Positions 39,550 to 47,069 of a DNA stretch of 64,000 bases are shown here, one piece after another (within the stretch, counting starts at the first letter, position 1; every line of letters begins with the position of its first letter). Source of the stretch: an uncultured Butyrivibrio sp. (lineage in GTDB: Bacteria > Bacillota > Clostridia > Lachnospirales > Lachnospiraceae); the NCBI GenBank assembly GCA_947167765.1, contig CAMVJI010000002.1, positions 494 through 64,493 on the forward strand, written 5' to 3'. The notes under the pieces were generated by a model that was given only the letters and a program-made list of their open reading frames with translations, was not told the origin of the DNA and did no database searches. The translations under genes and the position numbers were made by a program.

Positions 39550-40484
39550 TGCATTATAATGTTGTGGTTTTTGGAGTAAAAGATACATCTGAGAACATCA
39601 TAGAATTTATCCAGAGCGAGATCTGCAAGGTGGATCTTGTTATTACCATTGCCCCCAAGGTTTTAGAGCACAACCAGGTTTCGGGCTTTAAAGGCCTTAG
39701 CTTTCTTACTGACAAGTTTGGCATTCCTGTATTTGAGGCTGACAGTTATTTTCTGAATGATGAAAAGACCACTGCTTTCATGAATGAGAACACCTTTGGC
39801 ATCGGTATTGTCATGGGATGGCAGAGGCTCATTCCTAAGGAAGTGCTTGATAAGTTTAATCCTGGAATATTTGGATTCCATGGAAACTGCGGATATCTGC
39901 CTTTTGGAAGAGGAAGGTCTCCCCTTAACTGGTCAATTATCCTTGGAGACAGCAGATTTAATCTCAATCTGTTTAAATATGATGAGAAGGCTGACAGCCC
40001 CAATGTATTTGCTACGGAGATGTTCCAGATAAACGAGCATGACGACATAAGGACTGCTCAGTACAAGAACATGATGTGTTCTAAAAACCTCATCAAAAAA
40101 CTCCTTACCACCTACCTTGAGACTGGAACAGTTAATATCAGGACTGATTCAAAAGACTTTGATTCATGGTACAATAAACGTACGGCCAAGGACGGAAAGA
40201 TAGATTTTACAGACAGGACAAGAAATATCTACAACCTCATAAGGGGCGTCGCAGCACCTTTCCCTGGAGCCTTCTGCTATGCAGATGTTGAGGACGATGC
40301 TCACAAGGTAACTGTCTGGCAGGCTCATCCCTTTGACGAGATGATGGATCTTTCAGCCTTTGCGCCGGGAGAGATAGTAGATATTTTTGATGGCAAGCTT
40401 GTAGTAAGGACTGTTGACGGGTCACTGCTTATCGACAAGTATGAGTGCCAGACGGAGTTAAAAAAGAAAGTGATCTTAAAGTAA
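39549..40484 (+). CDS. Formyltransferase-like protein (Fmt/ArnA N-terminal fold), probable sugar N-formyltransferase
   Basis: GWQRLIP, FH...LPFGRGRSPLNWSI, KR..DGKIDF and YNLIRGVAAPFPGAF motifs. Confidence 0.75.
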   Translation: MHYNVVVFGVKDTSENIIEFIQSEICKVDLVITIAPKVLEHNQVSGFKGLSFLTDKFGIPVFEADSYFLNDEKTTAFMNENTFGIGIVMGWQRLIPKEVLDKFNPGIFGFHGNCGYLPFGRGRSPLNWSIILGDSRFNLNLFKYDEKADSPNVFATEMFQINEHDDIRTAQYKNMMCSKNLIKKLLTTYLETGTVNIRTDSKDFDSWYNKRTAKDGKIDFTDRTRNIYNLIRGVAAPFPGAFCYADVEDDAHKVTVWQAHPFDEMMDLSAFAPGEIVDIFDGKLVVRTVDGSLLIDKYECQTELKKKVILK

Positions 40485-40487
40485 GTT

Positions 40488-41597
40488 ATGAAGAGTATTG
40501 CGTTTCACTTAAATTGCCTTGTGCAGGGCGGCGCTGAGAGGGTTGTATCAAACCTTGCCAATCAGTTTGCCAAAGAAGGCATCAAGGTATATGTGGCCAC
40601 AGAGTGGTATGACAAGGACGAGTTTGAACTGGACGAGAGAGTAACAAGAGTCCACGTAGGACTAAGGCCTGAAGATGAAAAGAAAAACAGGATCACAAAG
40701 TTCTTTTTAAGGATCAAGTACCTTAAAGAATTTGTAAAAGAGTATCATCCTGACGTGCTGGTGGCTTTCGCTCAGAGAGCTAATTACAGAGCTTTGATGG
40801 CTGCCGGAAAGAGCGACATTCCTGTTGTAATATCCATAAGGACCGATCCTGTTGGTCATTACGACGCCATCTCTGATAAGATCCAGATCAAATGGCTCTT
40901 TGACAGGGCAGCAGGCTGTGTGTTCCAGACAACAGGTCAGAAAGAGTTTTTTAAACCTTACCTTCAGGACAATTCAGCCATTATATTAAACCCTGTTAAC
41001 CCAAAATATTTTGATGTTAAGAGAGTTGATAATCCGGAAAAGGCTGTTGTACATCACGCAAGGCTTGTAGACTTCAAAAATCAGCCGCTTTTGTGCGAGG
41101 CTTTTGTGGAGGTACATAAAAAGCATCCTGACTATGTTCTTAAGATATACGGACCTGATTCCTTTGACGGAACAAAAGAGATCCTTGATAAGATAATTGC
41201 AGATAATCACGCTGAGGATTACATCCTTTTAATGGGCGGTTCTGATTCTCTTGAAAAAGAGATAATAAAGGGCGAAGTTTATGCCTTTACCTCTGACTGG
41301 GAGGGAATGCCTAATTCTCTTTTGGAAGCCATGGCAATGGGAATGCCTATTGTTGCAACTGACTGCCCCTGCGGAGGCCCCAGGACTGTTATGAGAGATG
41401 GTGAAAACGGACTTCTTGTTCCGATCAAGGACAAGGATGCCATCGTAAATGGTCTGTGCAGGCTTATTGAAGATAAAGAGCTTGCAACAAGGCTTGGAAA
41501 AGAGGCTGCGAAGATAGAAGAGATCACCAATGGCGATGCTATCTTCGTGCAGTGGAGAGACTATCTGGACAAGGTAATTGCTGATTTTAAGAAGTGA
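40488..41597 (+). CDS. GT4 glycosyltransferase (PglH/PglJ-like)
   Basis: GGAERV, FQT and EGMPNSLLEAMAMG..TDCPCGGP motifs. Confidence 0.86.
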   Translation: MKSIAFHLNCLVQGGAERVVSNLANQFAKEGIKVYVATEWYDKDEFELDERVTRVHVGLRPEDEKKNRITKFFLRIKYLKEFVKEYHPDVLVAFAQRANYRALMAAGKSDIPVVISIRTDPVGHYDAISDKIQIKWLFDRAAGCVFQTTGQKEFFKPYLQDNSAIILNPVNPKYFDVKRVDNPEKAVVHHARLVDFKNQPLLCEAFVEVHKKHPDYVLKIYGPDSFDGTKEILDKIIADNHAEDYILLMGGSDSLEKEIIKGEVYAFTSDWEGMPNSLLEAMAMGMPIVATDCPCGGPRTVMRDGENGLLVPIKDKDAIVNGLCRLIEDKELATRLGKEAAKIEEITNGDAIFVQWRDYLDKVIADFKK

Positions 41598-41615
41598 TTT
41601 TATAGGAGAAATAAA

Positions 41616-42377
41616 ATGTTTTCATTTGATGATTACAGAGAGATATTAAGGATAATCAAGGCTACAGGCCGCTATGCAACTTATGAAGAGGCTCTTTCAA
41701 AAGACGAATTCATCATCATGCGCCATGACGTAGAGTACTCAGTTGAGAGGGCTTATGCTCTTTCTAAGGTTGAGGAGAGCATGGACTTCAGATCCACATT
41801 CTTCTTCCAGTGGACCAACAATTCCTACAATATCCTCTCACGTAAGAACAGGGATATTCTTACTGATATGCATGAGAGAGGTCAGAATATAGGTCTTCAT
41901 TTTGCCCTTAATGGCATGACAGATATGAAGCTTGTAAGAGAGAGGATCAAGCAGGAGATCGACATGCTCAGCAACATGCTTGGATTTGAGATCAACTCTT
42001 TTTCCATTCACAGGCCTTCACCAAGTGTTCTTGCTGAGAATATCAAGCTTAAGGGCATTTTGAATGCATATCAGGACGAGTTCTTTTCTTTTGACCCAAA
42101 GGCTACACCTGAGTCCAAGCTTGAAGTCAAGTATATGTCTGATGCGAACCACATCTGGCGCTATGGATATCCTGATGAAGAGACCATAAATGGGCATAAA
42201 AAGATCCAGATCCTTACCCATCCATTTGCATGGTGCAAGAAGGGCTACGATAACCTCGATAACTACAAGGCTCTTGTAAATGAGAAGTACAAAGAGCTTA
42301 TTGATTCAATAGACAACGAATGTAAGGACTTTGGTCCACTTAGAGATGAGTTTGATAAAAAGATCTTTGATATGTGA
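41616..42377 (+). CDS. Polysaccharide deacetylase-like protein (WbmS-like)
   Basis: MRHDVE, STFFF, IGLHF, SIHRP, YMSD and QILTHP motifs. Confidence 0.65.
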   Translation: MFSFDDYREILRIIKATGRYATYEEALSKDEFIIMRHDVEYSVERAYALSKVEESMDFRSTFFFQWTNNSYNILSRKNRDILTDMHERGQNIGLHFALNGMTDMKLVRERIKQEIDMLSNMLGFEINSFSIHRPSPSVLAENIKLKGILNAYQDEFFSFDPKATPESKLEVKYMSDANHIWRYGYPDEETINGHKKIQILTHPFAWCKKGYDNLDNYKALVNEKYKELIDSIDNECKDFGPLRDEFDKKIFDM

Positions 42378-42399
42378 TCAGTCATTTGGAGAAGCTTAA

Positions 42400-44343
42400 A
42401 TGTGTGGAATCTGTGGATACGTATCTAAAAAAAGAATAACAGAAGAACAGCTCAGGATAATGAATGACACCATGTACCACAGAGGTCCGGATGATTCAGG
42501 TGTAGAGATTTATGCTGGAACTAATGATTACTTCGTGGGATTTGCGCAAAGGCGCCTTGCGATCCTTGATCTTTCACCCCTTGGACATCAGCCCATGCAT
42601 TCAGAAAATGGCAGAGTATCTGTGGTTTTCAATGGTGAGATATACAACTTCCTTGAGCTTAGGGAAGAGATAAGTGATTATGAGTTCAAGACCAACTGCG
42701 ATACAGAGGTGATAATTGCAGCTTACCTTAAGTGGGGCATTGACATGGTTGACCACATCCATGGCATGTTCGCCATAGCTCTTTATGACAGAGCAAGTAG
42801 CGAAGTATTTCTCATTCGCGACAGGATAGGCAAGAAGCCACTGTTTTACTGGATTGACGGTGGGAACATTGTCTTTGGCTCAGAGCTTAAACCTATCATT
42901 AAGTGCCCTGGCTTTAAGGGGGAGATCAGAAGGCAGCTCCTTCCAAGATATCTGTACAATCAGTATATCAGCGCTCCTGAGACCATTTTTACAGATGTGT
43001 ACAAATTGGAGGCTGGATCAGTACTACGGTTTAAAGACGGCGAGATCAAAAAGTGGAAGTACTGGGATATAAAGAAAGTATATAAAGAAAAGTCCATGGA
43101 TCCTGTTGGCAGCTATGAGGAGGCCAAAGAGGGACTTAAGCTCAGGCTTAAGAACAGCGTTGCAGCCCGTATGATCGCTGATGTGCCCCTTGGAACTTTT
43201 TTGTCAGGTGGCTATGATTCATCTCTTGTGACTGCCATGGCCCAGGAGCTTTCTGATGAACCCATAAAGACTTTCTGTATAGGTTTTGATGTGCCCAGCT
43301 ACAATGAGGCAGAGTATGCCAAGGAGATCGCAAACTATCTTGGCTGTGACCATACAGAGCTTTACATCACAGAAAAAGAGATGTTTGATCTGGTTGCCAG
43401 TATTCCTCAGTACTACGACGAACCATTTGCAGACAACTCAGAGATACCTTCCATGCTTGTAAGCAAGCTTGCAAAAAAGGACGTTACTGTAGCCTTATCA
43501 GGTGATGGGGGCGATGAGTTTTTCTGCGGCTATAATGTCTATGACAATGTATGGCAGGCTCAGAGACTGGAGATTCCAGGAGCTATTGTAAATGCCATTG
43601 GAGGGATCCCAGTAGGATCTGGAAAACTTATAGATAAGATGCCCTTCAGGGTTAAGGTCATCGCTGGAAATAGAGATCCTGAAACCAAGACACAGCTGGT
43701 GTCAGAAGGGTACGTTAAAGCGGCACATGCTTTTATTTCAGGAAAAGAGACACTGGACATACCTGTTTCAGCTCTTGACTATATAAATACAGATTTTAAT
43801 CTGGGTATTAATGAAGCTCCTGTTTTATATCCTATGGAGAGCCTGTATTCTACCAGGGATTTCCAGGTAAAGAGGATGCTTTTGGATATGGATACTTATC
43901 TTCCTGATGATATCCTTGTGAAAATGGACAGGGCATCCATGAAATATTCTCTTGAAAACAGATGTCCAATCATGGACACAGAGGTTATGGAGTACTCATT
44001 CAGGATCCCTCACAAGTTCAAGTATCACAACAAAGACAAGAAGCATATCCTTAAGGATATTGCTTATGATTACATTCCAAGACAGATGCTTGAACGCCCC
44101 AAGACAGGTTTTGGCGTTCCTATGGATGCATGGCTTCGTGGCCCATTAAAAGAGGCGCTTCTTGACTACAGCAGCACCTCCTACTTAAAGAAACAGGGAG
44201 TATTTGACCCTGAATATGTATCAAGATTTATAAGCGATTATGTAGCTAAAGGAGATGCAGGCCCGGCAACTGGAGCTAATTTCAGTAAGATTGCCTGGTC
44301 ATTCTATATCTTCCAGCAATGGTATAATTATTACATGGTTTAA
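42400..44343 (+). CDS. asnB: Asparagine-synthetase-like glutamine amidotransferase (probable uronic acid amidation)
   Basis: N-terminal MCGICG, HRGPD, RLAILDL, FNGEIYN, LSGGYDSS, SGDGGDE and KTGFGVP motifs. Confidence 0.88.
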   Translation: MCGICGYVSKKRITEEQLRIMNDTMYHRGPDDSGVEIYAGTNDYFVGFAQRRLAILDLSPLGHQPMHSENGRVSVVFNGEIYNFLELREEISDYEFKTNCDTEVIIAAYLKWGIDMVDHIHGMFAIALYDRASSEVFLIRDRIGKKPLFYWIDGGNIVFGSELKPIIKCPGFKGEIRRQLLPRYLYNQYISAPETIFTDVYKLEAGSVLRFKDGEIKKWKYWDIKKVYKEKSMDPVGSYEEAKEGLKLRLKNSVAARMIADVPLGTFLSGGYDSSLVTAMAQELSDEPIKTFCIGFDVPSYNEAEYAKEIANYLGCDHTELYITEKEMFDLVASIPQYYDEPFADNSEIPSMLVSKLAKKDVTVALSGDGGDEFFCGYNVYDNVWQAQRLEIPGAIVNAIGGIPVGSGKLIDKMPFRVKVIAGNRDPETKTQLVSEGYVKAAHAFISGKETLDIPVSALDYINTDFNLGINEAPVLYPMESLYSTRDFQVKRMLLDMDTYLPDDILVKMDRASMKYSLENRCPIMDTEVMEYSFRIPHKFKYHNKDKKHILKDIAYDYIPRQMLERPKTGFGVPMDAWLRGPLKEALLDYSSTSYLKKQGVFDPEYVSRFISDYVAKGDAGPATGANFSKIAWSFYIFQQWYNYYMV

Positions 44344-44356
44344 AAGGAGAAGTAAT

Positions 44357-44599
44357 ATGACAAGAGAAGAGATATTTGGAAAGTTAAATGAAGTGTTCAG
44401 AGATGTTTTCGAGGATGACGACATAACTGTTAGTGATGCCACAACTGCAGATGACATCGAGGACTGGGATTCTCTTGAGCACATCAATCTCATAAATGCT
44501 ATTGAGCAGGAATTTGGCATCAAGTTTAACATGGGACAGATCGTGTCAATGAAAAACGTTGGCGAGATGGTAAGCATTATCGAGAGCAAGCTTTCATAA
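44357..44599 (+). CDS. Acyl carrier protein
   Basis: 80 aa acidic protein with the WDSLEHINL phosphopantetheine site. ATG 44357 follows AAGGAG; the track ORF start at 44255 is too long. Confidence 0.88.
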   Translation: MTREEIFGKLNEVFRDVFEDDDITVSDATTADDIEDWDSLEHINLINAIEQEFGIKFNMGQIVSMKNVGEMVSIIESKLS

Positions 44600-44616
44600 G
44601 CTTTTAAGGAGCAGTT

Positions 44617-45009
44617 ATGAAGATTCATCACGTTGGTTACCTGGCCAAAAACCTTGAAAAGTCTGCAGCCAAATTTTTGGAGCTGGGCTACGAGGTTGAA
44701 AGACCATGTAAGTACGATCCGATCCGCAAGATAAATATTGAATTCTTAAAAAACGGGGATTACAGAGTTGAACTCATTCAGCCCATGAGCGAGGAATCGC
44801 CCATGTTCCCGCTTCTTAAGAGATTTAAGAACACACCCTATCACTTCTGCTATGAGGTGGAGGATGTTGAAATAGCTGCAAAAGAGCTGTCTGAAAAAGG
44901 CTACACTGTTATTCAGGAGCCAGAGATAGCACCTTGTATCGATGACAGAAGAGTTGTTTTTATGAACAACATCAGTATGGGGATCATAGAACTTGTCGAA
45001 ACCAGATAA
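44617..45009 (+). CDS. VOC/glyoxalase superfamily protein (methylmalonyl-CoA epimerase-like)
   Basis: IHHVGY, VELIQP, YHFCYEV and IELVE metal-ligand pattern. Confidence 0.8.
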   Translation: MKIHHVGYLAKNLEKSAAKFLELGYEVERPCKYDPIRKINIEFLKNGDYRVELIQPMSEESPMFPLLKRFKNTPYHFCYEVEDVEIAAKELSEKGYTVIQEPEIAPCIDDRRVVFMNNISMGIIELVETR

Positions 45010-46210
45010 CCAGAAAAAACCGCATATTGCCATGTACATTGGATCCCTGCAAAAGGGTGGCGCTGAGAGGGTTATGAGTAATCTCTGTGACTACTTTTTT
45101 GAACAGGGCTACAGGGTTACCCTTGTGACAACATACCTGGCAGCCAATGAGTATGAGGTAAAACATGCTGCCTGGAAGAGCGTACCTGCAGGTGCAGAAA
45201 ACGCTACGCTGGTGGCTGATCTTGATGAGAACCCTGTATGGGTGGATCTTTCTGGCGGTGAGAAAAATGGTATCCAGAGAGTCTTTTCAGCTCTTCTTAA
45301 GTCTGAGCAGAAGGACAGGATCACCAATTTCAGATTAAGACATAAAAAGCTCAGGGACATATGGCGCAGTTTAAAACCAGACGTGGTCCTTAGCTTTATT
45401 GGTAAGAACAATATAATGGCTCTTTCAACAGCCACAAGAGAGGGGATCAAGGTAGTTGTTTCCGTCAGGGCAGACCCTGACTGGGAGTATTCTACTACAG
45501 CCCTGAAGGCAGGAATGCTTTCAAACTTTGGCAAGGCAGCAGGTGTTGTTGTACAGTCCAACGGAGCAAAAGAAAAATTCCCGGGCTACATTCAAAAGAA
45601 GTGCACTATTCTTCCAAACTCCATGGATCTTTCCTTTGTGAGAAAGCGCTATGTAGGTGAGCGTGAAAACACCATAGTCATGGTGGCAAGACTTCATGAG
45701 AACAAGAATCAGGGTCTTGTTATGGAGGCCTTTAAAGAGGCTACAAAAGACAGATTTAAAGATTATAAGCTCGTATTTTACGGAGACGGTCCAGACAGAC
45801 TTAAGCTTCAGCACAAGGCCACTTCCATGGGAATTGATGACAGGGTGGAGTTTAAGGGCAATGTAAAGCACGTGGCCGAGCACATAGAAAAGGCCAAGCT
45901 ATTTGTCCTTGCATCAGGCCATGAGGGAATGCCTAACTCCCTTATAGAAGCCATGTCCTTGGGACTGGCCTGCATATCAACGGACTGTCCCTGCGGAGGA
46001 CCAAGGGACCTTATCACAGATGGTGTGAATGGACTTCTGGTTCCTGTAGGCGATGTTAAGGCATTGACTAATGCTATGGTAAAGGTACTTGAAGATGAGG
46101 ACTTTGCTAACAAGCTTGGCAGTGCAGCAACAAGCGTCCAGAAAAGATTTGCTCCTGACATTGCCAATGCTATGTGGAAGGAATATTTCGACAAGATAAT
46201 AAGACAGTAA
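44993..46210 (+). CDS. GT4 glycosyltransferase (paralog of 40488-41597)
   Basis: GGAERV and EGMPNSLIEAMSLG..TDCPCGGP motifs. TTG start overlaps the VOC gene. Confidence 0.85.
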   Translation: MSKPDNQKKPHIAMYIGSLQKGGAERVMSNLCDYFFEQGYRVTLVTTYLAANEYEVKHAAWKSVPAGAENATLVADLDENPVWVDLSGGEKNGIQRVFSALLKSEQKDRITNFRLRHKKLRDIWRSLKPDVVLSFIGKNNIMALSTATREGIKVVVSVRADPDWEYSTTALKAGMLSNFGKAAGVVVQSNGAKEKFPGYIQKKCTILPNSMDLSFVRKRYVGERENTIVMVARLHENKNQGLVMEAFKEATKDRFKDYKLVFYGDGPDRLKLQHKATSMGIDDRVEFKGNVKHVAEHIEKAKLFVLASGHEGMPNSLIEAMSLGLACISTDCPCGGPRDLITDGVNGLLVPVGDVKALTNAMVKVLEDEDFANKLGSAATSVQKRFAPDIANAMWKEYFDKIIRQ

Positions 46211-46229
46211 ATAGAAAACAGATAAATGA

Positions 46230-46256
46230 AAAACCTCGGCGCTCTGCCGAGGTTTT
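46230..46256. terminator. Bidirectional intrinsic terminator
   Basis: AAAACCTCGGC-GCTCT-GCCGAGGTTTT, a perfect 11-bp stem 20 nt after the stop at 46210. Confidence 0.85.
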
Positions 46257-46278
46257 AGTATATCTACTGAGTGGGGGA

Positions 46279-46514
46279 ATCCACAGCCGCTTCTTGAATT
46301 ATAAGCCTTGTGGAATGAATATCAATAGCCTTTCGCGGCATATCCTCGTTGAAGGTGAGTCAGTGGGGACGTTACAGTTTGACTCACTGGGGAGCTGTGA
46401 GTCAAACTGTAACGTCCCCACTGACTCACCTCCAACTGCGGTATTCCACGGTGCTATTGACATTCATCCCACAAGACTTTTTTGGTGATCAAGCGGCCAT
46501 GGATGGGGACGCTA
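46279..46514 (-). other. Hairpin A: ssoA/Frpo-like single-strand origin or ssDNA promoter candidate (alternatively a structured ncRNA)
   Basis: 226-nt rod (46279-46504) whose helical mismatches are G.T on the minus strand. The 3' arm has GATATGCCGCGAAA (46331-46344), TTGATA (46320-46325), 16 nt, then unpaired TATAAT (46298-46303). TAGCGT lies at 46509-46514. Confidence 0.65.
46353..46431. repeat. Perfect 35-bp inverted repeat (REP-like doublet) forming the apex of hairpin A
   Basis: AGGTGAGTCAGTGGGGACGTTACAGTTTGACTCAC (46353-46387), a 9-nt loop, then the exact reverse complement (46397-46431). Each arm has its own GTGAGTCA/TGACTCAC stem. Confidence 0.9.
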
Positions 46515-46547
46515 TTCCGCACCATCGTGTTCGCTGTGACGTTAATT

Positions 46548-46814
46548 TAATACCCCTGACCACTTTGGACTCGTAGGTATTATGGCTTTTAAAAAATAGC
46601 GCTTTTTATTTTAATAAAGATAATACCCAAGGCTATCTTACAACTGTCAGGTATTAAAAACTGAATGTGGTTTGATAAAAACTTGCATAAATTGCAGAGG
46701 AAAGGTCATACCAATAGCCACTAACTGTTATTGTGGTATTAAAAGCGCCTAAAATATTTATTTAAAGCAAGAAATCCATAAGACCAGCCATTAGTAATTC
46801 GTGAAGTGGTATTA
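46548..46814. repeat. Array of four 35-36 bp palindromic units TAATACC-N21/22-GGTATTA
   Basis: Units at 46548-46582, 46621-46656, 46706-46741 (TCATACC) and 46779-46814 (TAAGACC). Start spacing is 73, 85 and 73 nt, with AT-rich linkers. Confidence 0.75.
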
Positions 46815-47069
46815 GGTAGCTCATAATAGGGGGCAATCATCAAATCTTAAACAGCTCTGGGACAAGAATACTAGGGCAAGTCCGTAATGAGATTCGATAA
46901 CGGTTGATATTGCCCCAAATACTACGGACTAGAAGAAGGGAAAATGCTATACAGTCTGAATTTCACAAATAACGCCATCCTATTGGCATAATACCGAACA
47001 CCACAAAATGACGGCCCCAGATATGCCAAAAATCCCCGCTGGTAGCCAGCGCTCTTCATGCCACTCCCT

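Noticed and set aside
46174-46576. Short ORFs 46174-46488 and 46349-46576
   Set aside because: They run through a terminator and a perfect palindrome, lack a convincing RBS and have no recognisable motifs. They are most likely by-products of the structured DNA.
46697-46707. RNase P RNA signature GAGGAAAGTCC
   Set aside because: It reads GAGGAAAGGTC, and the matching 3' conserved segment is absent.
46548-46814. CRISPR array
   Set aside because: Only the 7-bp ends are conserved, the interiors differ, the linkers are AT-rich and uneven, and there are no cas genes. Kept as an unexplained repeat array.
46920-46929. pMV158-family double-strand origin nick site (TACTACG/AC)
   Set aside because: The sequence is TACTACGGAC (extra G), it is not in the loop of a G/C hairpin, and there is no rep gene. 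A 7-mer match in 1 kb is plausible by chance.
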